Positions 20,551 through 28,946 of a stretch of DNA of 64,000 nucleotides are shown piece after piece. How positions within the stretch are numbered: the first letter of the stretch is position 1; each line of letters opens with the position of its first letter. The position numbers were made by a program, and so were the translations under genes. Source of the stretch: an uncultured Streptococcus sp. (GTDB lineage: Bacteria; Bacillota; Bacilli; Lactobacillales; Streptococcaceae); assembly GCF_963545685.1 (NCBI RefSeq), contig NZ_CAUUKN010000004.1, positions 5,439-69,438 of the forward strand. The letters are read 5' to 3'. Under the pieces are notes generated by a model. It was given only the letters and a program-made list of their open reading frames with translations, searched no databases and was not told where the DNA came from.

Positions 20551-21462
20551 TTACATGATTCCGAAGAAGCTTGCAATGATACCAACTACAAAGAGTCCGA
20601 TGATGATTGTGATTGGTGAAACTTTCTTCTTAAGCAACCACATACATGCAAAAGTAAGGAGAAGTCCCATCAAACCTGGAATCAATGAATCAAGTTGTCC
20701 TTGGAGAGTATCAACTTTGATTCGGTCAAAGCTAAGTCCTTGTTGGACTTGTCCGAGAATTTCTTTCAAAGTTTCTCCGTTGACATTACCTTTAGGCCAC
20801 TCGATATAGGCACCCTCAGACAAAACTTTACCTGGAAGATTTACAGTGAAGACGATAGATACCCAACGTTCAACGAGGACGGCCAAGATGAACATACCAA
20901 GGATTGATGCCCCTTTAGTAATATCTTTCAAGATACCGCCAGACATGTCTTTGGTAATTTCTGAACCTGCTTTGTAACCTAGTTCTTGAGTGTACCACAA
21001 GAAGGCCATACGGATAAGGTTCCAACCAATGAAGAAGATAAGTGGACCAGCAATGTTACCAGCTTGCGCCAATGATGCACCAAGGGCACCAAGGATTGGA
21101 CGAACTGTGAACCAGAAGACAGGGTCACCGATACCGGCAAGAGGCCCCATCATACCGATTTTAACCCCTTGGATAGCTGCATCTTCGATTTCAGTACCAT
21201 TAGCTTTTTCTTCTTCAAGAGCCAAGGTAACCCCCATGATAGGAGCGGCTACGTAAGGGTGAGTGTTGAAGAATTCCAAGTGACGTTTTAGAGCTGCGGC
21301 TTGGTCTTCTTTGTTAGTATAAAGCTTTTTGATAGCAGGAATGAGTGAGTAAGCCCAACCCAAGTTTTGCATACGTTCATAGTTCCATGAACCTTGCAAG
21401 AATTGTGAGCGCCACCAAACCTTTTTACGATCTGCTTGAGATAATTGAATTTTTTCAGCCAT
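20551..21462 (-). CDS. manN: PTS mannose/glucose family EIID component
   Basis: 303 aa. EIID signature regions (NYERMQNLG, HLEFFNTHP, GMMGPLAGIGDP). Confidence 0.9.
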   Translation of the reverse strand: MAEKIQLSQADRKKVWWRSQFLQGSWNYERMQNLGWAYSLIPAIKKLYTNKEDQAAALKRHLEFFNTHPYVAAPIMGVTLALEEEKANGTEIEDAAIQGVKIGMMGPLAGIGDPVFWFTVRPILGALGASLAQAGNIAGPLIFFIGWNLIRMAFLWYTQELGYKAGSEITKDMSGGILKDITKGASILGMFILAVLVERWVSIVFTVNLPGKVLSEGAYIEWPKGNVNGETLKEILGQVQQGLSFDRIKVDTLQGQLDSLIPGLMGLLLTFACMWLLKKKVSPITIIIGLFVVGIIASFFGIM

Positions 21463-21476
21463 GAGAGCACCCCTTC

Positions 21477-22292
21477 CTAGTAGTCTTCCAAGATATCGCC
21501 GATTGGGTCGCCTGAACCAGATGAAGTTCCGCCACCATTTCCGCCACCTTGTTTAGAAAGGTTGAGGTAGATGAAGGCAATAGCGACACCGATAGCACCA
21601 AGAGCGATAAGTGTTAATTCACTAATAGCTGCAAGTGCAAAACCAATGGCGAAGAATGGCCAAACTTCACGAGTAGCCATCATGTTGATAACCATGGCGT
21701 AACCAACGGCTACAACCATACCACCACCGACAACCATACCATGGTTGAGCCAGTCAGGCATCAAGGCAAGTGTATCTTGAACAGATTGGGCTGGGATGGC
21801 AAGAAGAAGGGCTGCTGGTACAGCAATACGCAAACCTTGGAGAAGGAGGGCGAGGTAGTGTGCACGTTCAACACCAGCGATGTTTCCGTTTTCTGCAGCT
21901 TTATCAGCCGCGTGAACAAGGGCAACAGAGGCTGTACGAACAAGCATAGTTAGGAAGAGACCGGCAACAGCAAGTGGGATAGCTGTTGCAGTTGCAACAC
22001 CGATACCTTCAGTTGTGAAATTACCACCTTTAACCAAAATGATGGCAGCGGCAACAGATGCTAGGGCGGCGTCAGGAGCGACAGCAGCACCGATGTTTGC
22101 CCAAGCAAGGGCAATCATTTGAAGAGAACCACCAAGCATGATACCTGCACTGAGGTTACCTGTAGCAGCACCGATGAGGGTACATGCAACAAGTGGTTGG
22201 TGGAATTGGAATTGGTCAAGGATACCTTCAAGACCAGCAAGGAAGGCAACAACTACGACCAAAATTGCAGAAATAATTGACATATCTGACAT
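21477..22292 (-). CDS. manM: PTS mannose/glucose family EIIC component
   Basis: 271 aa polytopic protein with a Gly-rich C-terminal tail ending GDPIGDILEDY. Confidence 0.9.
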   Translation of the reverse strand: MSDMSIISAILVVVVAFLAGLEGILDQFQFHQPLVACTLIGAATGNLSAGIMLGGSLQMIALAWANIGAAVAPDAALASVAAAIILVKGGNFTTEGIGVATATAIPLAVAGLFLTMLVRTASVALVHAADKAAENGNIAGVERAHYLALLLQGLRIAVPAALLLAIPAQSVQDTLALMPDWLNHGMVVGGGMVVAVGYAMVINMMATREVWPFFAIGFALAAISELTLIALGAIGVAIAFIYLNLSKQGGGNGGGTSSGSGDPIGDILEDY

Positions 22293-22359
22293 GGTAATAA
22301 TTCCTTTTCTATTGAGTTGTGATTAGTTGAGTTTATCGACTAATTTATCCGAATGAAGA

Positions 22360-23352
22360 TTATTGAACGTTAGCTTTCTTGATAAGGTCAAACAAGTCTT
22401 TCTTAGAATCGTTTGGAACCTTACGGACGTCAAATTCAACGCCAAGATCACGTAATTTTTCAAAACAAGCAACATCATCTTTATCCATAGACAAAACGTT
22501 GTTAACCATTGTTTTACCAGTTGAGTGAGCCATAGAACCAACGTTAAGTTCTTTGATTGGCACGCCACCTTCGATAGCACGAAGTGCGTCTTGAACAGTT
22601 TCGAACAAGATAAGCGCATGTGTGTTACCAAAACGTGGGTCTTTAGAAGCATCAATCAATTTTTGAATTGGAACAACGTTTGCTTTAACACCGTTTGGTG
22701 CAGCCTGTTTGATCAATTCCTTACGCAATTCGTCTTTAGCAACATCGTCTGATGCTACAATGATACGGTCTGCTTTAGATGCAGGTGTCCAGTTAGTTGC
22801 AACCTGACCATGCAAAAGACGTGTATCCAAACGTGCCAAGTTAATCTTGAGCTTACCATCTCCGATGACTGTTCCTTCTGGGATAGCTCCTTGAGGTGCA
22901 GCAGCTTCTACAGGTGCAGCTGCAGTTTCCTCAGCTGGATTAAGCTCCTCTGGAAGTGCTTTGATACCATCCTTAGCCTCCTTGATGATATTAGCAGCAA
23001 CTTGCTCTGCAGTAGCGTTAGCATCCATCATACGTTCTGTGTATGCCTGGATTAGCATTGGCAAGTTAAGTCCGGTGATGATGGCAATCTTGCGATCTGG
23101 ATTTTCCCCAGCGATTCGACTAGCTTGGTTAAATGGGGAACCACTCCAAAGGTCAGCCAAAACAAGAATTTCATCATCAGCATCGAATTGTGCAATGGCG
23201 TTGTTGAAGTGAGCGTACAAATCATCAGGACCTTCACTTGGCATGAAAGTCACAACTTGAACTTTCTCTTGGTCTCCAAAAATCATAGAGCCTGATTGGT
23301 GGATCCCTTCAGCGAACTTACCATGGCTGGCAATAATAATACCGATACCCAT
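22360..23352 (-). CDS. manL: PTS mannose/glucose family EIIAB component
   Basis: 330 aa from [16 protein letters not shown] (EIIA His) with SD aaggagg. An Ala/Pro/Glu linker precedes an EIIB domain ([11 protein letters not shown]). The track extension to 23454 runs through the promoter region. Confidence 0.9.
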   Translation of the reverse strand: MGIGIIIASHGKFAEGIHQSGSMIFGDQEKVQVVTFMPSEGPDDLYAHFNNAIAQFDADDEILVLADLWSGSPFNQASRIAGENPDRKIAIITGLNLPMLIQAYTERMMDANATAEQVAANIIKEAKDGIKALPEELNPAEETAAAPVEAAAPQGAIPEGTVIGDGKLKINLARLDTRLLHGQVATNWTPASKADRIIVASDDVAKDELRKELIKQAAPNGVKANVVPIQKLIDASKDPRFGNTHALILFETVQDALRAIEGGVPIKELNVGSMAHSTGKTMVNNVLSMDKDDVACFEKLRDLGVEFDVRKVPNDSKKDLFDLIKKANVQ

Positions 23353-23474
23353 TCGTGTTCTCCTCCTTATAAAATATTTTTTCCTAAGCTTAAAAAGACT
23401 ATCTCCGATTTTTTTCAAGACGCTAAAAAAGCGTCTCTCAATCTTTTTAAACATAAGAAATCAAGAACAATTAT

Positions 23475-23503
23475 ATTGTAAAACGCTTTCACGAAAATGT
23501 CAA
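23475..23503 (-). promoter_or_regulatory. manL promoter TTGACA-17-TACAAT with cre-like TGAAAGCGTTTTACA in the spacer
   Basis: Minus strand reads TTGACAttttcgTGAAAGCGTTTTACAAT. The cre-like 15-mer is at 23477-23491. Confidence 0.55.
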
Positions 23504-23564
23504 TAGCTAGTGAAATAAAAAATCAAAACAAGTCATTTTCTGTCAAAAATGAGCAAAATATTAT

Positions 23565-23602
23565 AAAAAGATTACTCTATAATTAAACAGAGCAATCTTT
23601 TT
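23565..23602 (-). terminator. Terminator after the second man operon (upstream of the manL promoter)
   Basis: AAAGATTGCTCT gtttaattat AGAGTAATCTTT plus TTT on the minus strand, with one mismatch. Confidence 0.8.
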
Positions 23603-23616
23603 ATAATATTTAAAGA

Positions 23617-24003
23617 CTATTTCTTCTTAACAATGAGTCGGAAAAGATTCTTAAAGCCTTGTTTGAGGACAAAGAGAAAACTAGGAGCTTTTCTCAAGCT
23701 TTCTCGAGGGATTCTTTTTTGAATCTCTTTCAAAGTTATTCGGCTTTTTCGACTGGCAAAACGGAAACGTCCATTTTGCTTGGTACGGATTTCAAAGCGT
23801 GGGATGAATTTACCACCAAAGTAAACATCAGCAATCACATAAGTGATTTCATCCCAAGGAATCTGAACATAGTCTTGTAGTTTTGTGTCATTGTAAAACT
23901 CGAAAGCCTTATTTCCAACCATGATATTTCCGTAAATAGGCCCTTCACGAAACCAAGTTCCCTTAGTTGTGTGAGCCATTTCCGTATTGAGCGATTTAAC
24001 CAT
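23617..24003 (-). CDS. DUF956 protein, ManO paralogue
   Basis: 128 aa. Shares the core ...FEFY.D...Q.Y.QIPW..IT... with ManO but is strongly diverged. Confidence 0.75.
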   Translation of the reverse strand: MVKSLNTEMAHTTKGTWFREGPIYGNIMVGNKAFEFYNDTKLQDYVQIPWDEITYVIADVYFGGKFIPRFEIRTKQNGRFRFASRKSRITLKEIQKRIPRESLRKAPSFLFVLKQGFKNLFRLIVKKK

Positions 24004-24015
24004 ATGTTGCTCCGA

Positions 24016-24930
24016 TTAGAGTAGACCAATAACGTGGAGTACAATAGCTAGGACAAAGATACCTAAGATGATAACGATTGGAGAAACTTTTCTCTTAAGA
24101 AGGTGCATACAGAGGAAGGTCAAACCAAGGGCAGCAAGACCAGGAATCAATTGGTCCAAGTTATCTTGCAAGGTTGTTACCTTGTTAGCTTCGAGTGATT
24201 TACCGGCAGCTTGTTCTAGAAAGGCTTCTTTGATACCTGCAATACCTTTTGGAAGTTTGTCCCAATCGATATAAGCACCTTCTTGTTGTTTAACAGTAGA
24301 AACAACTGGTGTAAAGGTGATGCTTACCCAACGTTGGATAAGAGAACCGATGACGAACATCCCCATCATTGAAGCTCCACGAGTTACTTGTTGAAGGAGG
24401 TTACCTGACAAGTCATCTGTAATCGCAGTACCAGCACGATAACCGAATTCTTGAGTATACCATTTAACGGCAGCTACCATGATGTTCCAGAAAACAAAGA
24501 AGACGATTGGTCCCATGACGTTACCTGAAACAGCCAAACTTGCTCCTAATGAAAGGAAGATTGGACGAAGGGTAAACCAGAAGAGAGGATCACCAGCACC
24601 TGCAAGAGGTCCCATCATACCAACCTTAACCCCAGAGATAGCAGCATCATCGATATCTGCTCCGTTGGCACGTTCTTCTTCTAAGGCAAGTGTAACACCA
24701 AAGATTGGGTTAGCCATGAATGGTTGTGTATTGAAGAATTCCAAGTGACGTTTGAGAGCGGCTATACGGTCTTCTTTAGTTTGGTAAAGTTTTTTGATTG
24801 CAGGAATAAGGGTATAAGCTACACCACCATTTTGCATACGTTCATAGTTGAATGAAGCCAAAAGAAAGTATGAGCGCAAGAAAGCTTTGAAACGATCTGC
24901 TTTTGTTAATTTAATTTTTGTATCAGCCAT
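24016..24930 (-). CDS. PTS mannose family EIID component, second copy
   Basis: 304 aa, colinear with ManN (NYERMQNGG, HLEFFNTQP, GMMGPLAGAGDP). Confidence 0.9.
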   Translation of the reverse strand: MADTKIKLTKADRFKAFLRSYFLLASFNYERMQNGGVAYTLIPAIKKLYQTKEDRIAALKRHLEFFNTQPFMANPIFGVTLALEEERANGADIDDAAISGVKVGMMGPLAGAGDPLFWFTLRPIFLSLGASLAVSGNVMGPIVFFVFWNIMVAAVKWYTQEFGYRAGTAITDDLSGNLLQQVTRGASMMGMFVIGSLIQRWVSITFTPVVSTVKQQEGAYIDWDKLPKGIAGIKEAFLEQAAGKSLEANKVTTLQDNLDQLIPGLAALGLTFLCMHLLKRKVSPIVIILGIFVLAIVLHVIGLL

Positions 24931-24945
24931 TTTCTTTCCTCCTAA

Positions 24946-25746
24946 TTAAAAGTCTTCCAGAATTTCACCGAGGGGATCACCTGATCCTCCGTCGTTTGAA
25001 GAACCCATTGAACCACTAGCTTCAAGCGCAAGGTACATAACGGCAAGACAGAGCCCGATGATACCCAAGCTAATCAAGGTCAACTCTTTGAGGGCAGCCA
25101 AAGCAAAACCAAGGAAGAAGAATGGCCAAACTTCACGGCTAGACATCATGTTGATAACCATGGCATAACCAACGGCAACAACCATACCACCTCCGATTGT
25201 CATACCAGCAGTCAACCATTCAGGCATCCTTTCTAGACCAGCACGAACTACTTCAGATGGAATCAAGAGCAAGAGGAGGGCAGGGATAGCAACACGGAGA
25301 CCTTGAAGGGCCATACCGATAAAGTGCCATCTTTCAATACCAGCGATATCAGCAGCTTCTGCACGACTATCCATAGCATGAGCGATGAAGACAGTTGCTG
25401 TACGGACAAACATTGTCAAGGCGAGACCGGCAACAGCCAATGGGACGGCAAGACCGATGGCAGTACCAATTCCTTTTTCACCTTGTCCACCCAAGATAAG
25501 GATGATGGCAGATGCTACAGCGGCAAGCGAAGCATCTGGTGCCATGGCAGCACCAACGTTAGCCCATCCCATGGTGATCAACTGTAAGCTACCACCCAAC
25601 ATAACACCGAGTTCGAGGTGGCCAGTAACAAGACCGATTAGGGAACAAGCCACAACTGGCTGGTATGTTTCGATTTGGTCGTTAACTGAGCTACAACCGA
25701 TAATGAAAGCAACAATTACGACTAAAATAATTTGTACTAAACTCAT
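24946..25746 (-). CDS. PTS mannose family EIIC component, second copy
   Basis: 266 aa, colinear with ManM, ending GDPLGEILEDF. Confidence 0.9.
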   Translation of the reverse strand: MSLVQIILVVIVAFIIGCSSVNDQIETYQPVVACSLIGLVTGHLELGVMLGGSLQLITMGWANVGAAMAPDASLAAVASAIILILGGQGEKGIGTAIGLAVPLAVAGLALTMFVRTATVFIAHAMDSRAEAADIAGIERWHFIGMALQGLRVAIPALLLLLIPSEVVRAGLERMPEWLTAGMTIGGGMVVAVGYAMVINMMSSREVWPFFFLGFALAALKELTLISLGIIGLCLAVMYLALEASGSMGSSNDGGSGDPLGEILEDF

Positions 25747-25763
25747 TTATGCATCCTCCAAAA

Positions 25764-26771
25764 TTATTTCTTCTCTGCTAATTTAGTTTCAGCTGACTTA
25801 ATCAAGGCATCAACGTTTGCTGGACTATCACTTGGCACTCCACGAACGTCAAATTTGACACCCAATGATTGCAACTCTTTGATAGCATCCACATCTGTTT
25901 GGTCAAATGAAAGAGCCTTAGTAACGTTGACTTTTCCTTCTTTATAAGCTGAAGAACCAAGGTTGATTTCTTTAACATCAACACCTGCTTTAACAGCAGC
26001 AAGAGCATCTTCAACAGATTCAAAGAGAAGCATAGCACGTGTATCTCCAAAACGTGGGTCATTGTTTGCTTTAACCATGTTTTTAATTGGGATAACGTGA
26101 ACTTGAACACCAGATGGAGCGGCTTGTTTAATCATGTTTGTACGAAGTTTATCATGACAAACAGTGTCTGAAACAACGATGATACGGTCTGGGTGAGTTG
26201 AGTGAGTCCAACCAGTCGCAACCTGACCGTGGAGGAGACGTGTATCAACACGAGCCAAAACGTATTTGATTTTTCCATCACCAAGAACTGTTCCTTCAGG
26301 AATAGTTCCTTTAGGAATAGAAGGCTTAGCGTCGGCTGGTTTAGTGTCTTCTGCAGGAATAAGACCTTCTGGAAGGACCTTAACACCTTCTTTGGTTTCC
26401 TTATAAATGTTAGCGACAACCTCTTCAACCCCCGCGTCAGGAGCTACCATACGTTCCGTATATGCTTGGATAAGCATTGGCAAGTTGAGTCCTGTCACGA
26501 TAACTATCTTGCGATCAGGATTTTCTTCCTTGATTCGGCTTGCTTGGTTAAATGGTGACCCTGACCAAAGGTCTGCAAGGACTAGAATTTCGTCGTCAGC
26601 GTCAAATTGAGCAATGGCATCTTTGAAGTGAGCGTACAAGTCGTCAGGACCTTCATTTGGCATGAAAGTAACCACTTGAACCTTCTCTTGTTCACCAAAA
26701 ATCATAGAACCTGACTGGTGAATACCTTCAGCGAATTTACCATGGCTAGCAATAATAATACCGATACCCAT
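25764..26771 (-). CDS. PTS mannose family EIIAB component, second copy
   Basis: 335 aa from [16 protein letters not shown] with SD aaaggagg. The EIIA half is nearly identical in protein to ManL and the EIIB half is more diverged. Confidence 0.9.
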   Translation of the reverse strand: MGIGIIIASHGKFAEGIHQSGSMIFGEQEKVQVVTFMPNEGPDDLYAHFKDAIAQFDADDEILVLADLWSGSPFNQASRIKEENPDRKIVIVTGLNLPMLIQAYTERMVAPDAGVEEVVANIYKETKEGVKVLPEGLIPAEDTKPADAKPSIPKGTIPEGTVLGDGKIKYVLARVDTRLLHGQVATGWTHSTHPDRIIVVSDTVCHDKLRTNMIKQAAPSGVQVHVIPIKNMVKANNDPRFGDTRAMLLFESVEDALAAVKAGVDVKEINLGSSAYKEGKVNVTKALSFDQTDVDAIKELQSLGVKFDVRGVPSDSPANVDALIKSAETKLAEKK

Positions 26772-26894
26772 TAGTGTTCTTCCTCCTTTTATATATTGCT
26801 TCTTAGGAATAGAAAAATGATTATTGGTATTATCATTCATGACATGAAAATGACAACAATATTTTTTTAAACCTTCGAAAATTAGAACACTCTA

Positions 26895-26923
26895 ATTATA
26901 AAACGTTATCATAAAATTGTCAA
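26895..26923 (-). promoter_or_regulatory. Promoter of second man operon TTGACA-17-TATAAT with TGATAACGTTTTATA in the spacer
   Basis: Minus strand reads TTGACAattttaTGATAACGTTTTATAAT. Same architecture as the manL promoter. Confidence 0.55.
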
Positions 26924-27009
26924 CGATTTTCGTAACAAAAGTGTCATATGATTGAAAAAAACATCAAATTATTGCAAATATACTCTTTTTTCAGACAATA
27001 AGTGTTAGA

Positions 27010-27026
27010 TATAGTTTTAAACTATA
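27010..27026. promoter_or_regulatory. Perfect MET-box palindrome TATAGTTTTAAACTATA (MetR/MtaR-type operator)
   Basis: Exact match to the streptococcal MET-box consensus TATAGTTTnAAACTATA and a perfect 17-bp palindrome. About 45 nt upstream of the -35 of the cyclase-family gene promoter. Confidence 0.7.
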
Positions 27027-27069
27027 TATAAATAGAGGAAATAGGATTAAGAGAATTATTGATAAATGC

Positions 27070-27098
27070 TTGTATCAAATGGCTATTACTGCTAAAAT
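27070..27098 (+). promoter_or_regulatory. Promoter of cyclase-family gene (TTGTAT-17-TAAAAT with TGn extension)
   Basis: TTGTAT at 27070-27075. TGcTAAAAT at 27090-27098. Confidence 0.5.
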
Positions 27099-27149
27099 AA
27101 CTCCAATTAACGATTTAATGTTAAACCTATAAGAAAAGAGGACCTCTTT

Positions 27150-27881
27150 ATGTCAGATTTACTAAGTATTTATAATCAATTGCAAGCAAAAAAATGGGTG
27201 GACTTGACCCATAAGATAAATGCAGAAAGTCCACACTTTCCAGCCCTCCCTGCCTTACAACAAGAAGATCTTTTCACACTGAAAGATGGCTTTCATGTTC
27301 AAAAATTTACAGTAGTTGGTCAATATGGAACTCATATTGATGCACCGATTCACTTTGTCGAAGGTGGTCGCTGGCTAGATGAGATTGCCCTCAAAGATCT
27401 CCTCTTACCACTCTATGTCATCGACAAGTCCAAAGAAGTGACTGCCAATCCAAACTTTATCTTGAGCAAACAAGACATTTTGGACTTTGAAACTGAACAC
27501 GGACAAATTGTAGAGGGTGCCTTTGTTGCTTTCCGTAGTGATTGGTCAAAACGTTGGCCAGATCAAGATGCCATGCGTAACCTTGATGAGAATGGGGTTC
27601 AGCAAAGTCCTGGTTGGAGCCGTGAAGCTCTAGAATTCTTGATTCATGAACGCCATGTTAAGGCTGTCGGTCATGAGACTTTTGATACAGATGCTGGTAT
27701 TCCGGCAGCAGAACATGGCTTGGTTAACGAATATTACCTCTTGGAACAAAACATTTATCAGGTAGAAGTCTTGAATCAATTAGATCAAGTTCCAGCCGTT
27801 GGTGCTTTGATTTCAATTGCCTTTCCTCATTGGGACAAGGCGACAGGTTCCCCAGTGCGTGCAGTGGCTATTTTACCTTAA
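27150..27881 (+). CDS. Cyclase family protein (kynurenine formamidase-like metal hydrolase)
   Basis: 243 aa. HxGTHxDxPxH-type motif (QYGTHIDAPIHF) of the putative cyclase family. Confidence 0.8.
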   Translation: MSDLLSIYNQLQAKKWVDLTHKINAESPHFPALPALQQEDLFTLKDGFHVQKFTVVGQYGTHIDAPIHFVEGGRWLDEIALKDLLLPLYVIDKSKEVTANPNFILSKQDILDFETEHGQIVEGAFVAFRSDWSKRWPDQDAMRNLDENGVQQSPGWSREALEFLIHERHVKAVGHETFDTDAGIPAAEHGLVNEYYLLEQNIYQVEVLNQLDQVPAVGALISIAFPHWDKATGSPVRAVAILP

Positions 27882-27888
27882 TCAGAAG

Positions 27889-27921
27889 AAAAGACACCTA
27901 GAAATTCTTCGGTGTCTTTTT
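27889..27921. terminator. Bidirectional terminator between the cyclase gene and the HAD phosphatase gene
   Basis: AAAAGACACC tagaaattcttc GGTGTCTTTTT. Confidence 0.9.
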
Positions 27922-27925
27922 CTGT

Positions 27926-28738
27926 TTATAAAAGTAGTTCCTGAAGTTTGCGAGCAACGCCGTCTTCCTCATTAGTCCACTCAATTTGTTCGTTAGCGTG
28001 GGGGAGAAGGACAGAGCTGGCATTTTTCATGGCATAACCAGTCTTGGCAAGCTCCAACATCTCTGTGTCGTTGTGTTCGTCACCAAAAGCAATCAAATCA
28101 TCTGGAGATTTTCGCATGGCTTTGAGTAGGTAGTTTAGGGCGTAGGCCTTGTTAATACCTTTAGGTGAAAACTCCAAGATATTAAGTGGTCCCCCCCAAG
28201 AATCAACCTCAATTTCTTCTTTGAAATCTTTCTTGATATCGCTGGCTAGTTGGTACTTGTCCTCGTGACGAGTCTGCATAAGAAGAGCGTTAGGATTGCG
28301 TGTGATTTTAGCTGGCTCTAAACGCATAGCCTCAATGATTTTATCAACCCCAAAGAGTTGTGGTTGAATACGCTCTGGGTGATTCATAGTGATATAAAAA
28401 TGCTTACGGTATTCACTAGCAAGAAAATCCATCTCTAACTCATCATGTCGTTGTAAGAGGTTAACTAGGTATTTTTTGTCCAATTTGACTGAGTGCTCGT
28501 AAGCCCATTCTCGGTCTGGGAGATTGGTCAAGGAGCCATTAAAGGTAATGAGCGGTGTCTCTAAGCCTAATGTTTTGTAATGGTCAATAGCCATACGGTA
28601 AGGACGACCGGTAGCGATAACGACTTGATGTCCTTTGTTTTGTACATCTTTAATAGTTGTTTTTGTAAATTCTGAAATAGTTCCATCTGGTCGCAAAAGC
28701 GTTCCATCGAGATCTAGTGCAATCAATTTTTTTGTCAT
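27926..28738 (-). CDS. Cof-type HAD-IIB family phosphatase
   Basis: 270 aa. Motif I ALDLDGTLL, and C-terminal GDEHNDTEM. Confidence 0.85.
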   Translation of the reverse strand: MTKKLIALDLDGTLLRPDGTISEFTKTTIKDVQNKGHQVVIATGRPYRMAIDHYKTLGLETPLITFNGSLTNLPDREWAYEHSVKLDKKYLVNLLQRHDELEMDFLASEYRKHFYITMNHPERIQPQLFGVDKIIEAMRLEPAKITRNPNALLMQTRHEDKYQLASDIKKDFKEEIEVDSWGGPLNILEFSPKGINKAYALNYLLKAMRKSPDDLIAFGDEHNDTEMLELAKTGYAMKNASSVLLPHANEQIEWTNEEDGVARKLQELLL

Positions 28739-28795
28739 GTTTCTATTATAACAAAAATCAGTTCTTTGTTGGGGTTTGACGTAGGGACATGCTGG

Positions 28796-28808
28796 AATGT
28801 TCGGTTTT
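28796..28808 (-). promoter_or_regulatory. PurBox (PurR site) AAAACCGAACATT
   Basis: The reverse complement of aatgttcggtttt fits AWWWCCGAACWWT at all positions. It is centred about 70 nt upstream of the start site implied by the 28837-28865 promoter. Confidence 0.55.
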
Positions 28809-28836
28809 TACTGGTGAAATTCTCAGAAAATAAACC

Positions 28837-28865
28837 TTGCACCATCAAATGATTTCATGTAGAAT
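28837..28865 (+). promoter_or_regulatory. Purine permease promoter TTGCAC-17-TAGAAT
   Basis: TTGCAC at 28837-28842. TAGAAT at 28860-28865. Confidence 0.55.
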
Positions 28866-28946
28866 AGTAACGTTGCATTCTATGTGAGAATGTTCCGACA
28901 TCATTCGGATTTTGACAATATTTTTTATTAAGGAGTATAAACTTTC

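Noticed and set aside
22360-23454. N-terminal extensions in the ORF track: manL to 23454, second EIIAB to 26840, serS to 19952, LOG gene from 38658, flippase from 40799, livJ from 55575, patB-like from 46861, rimP from 33069, nrdR from 13895, hypothetical from 17918
   Set aside because: In each case an internal ATG with a good SD matches the conserved protein N-terminus. The extension runs through a promoter, a terminator or the neighbouring gene.
28866-28946. Purine (guanine/adenine) riboswitch upstream of the purine permease
   Set aside because: The leader is only about 75 nt. It lacks the conserved three-way junction core, with no UAUA...CGUGGAUAUGG...CUACC...CCGUAAAU...GACUA-like blocks.
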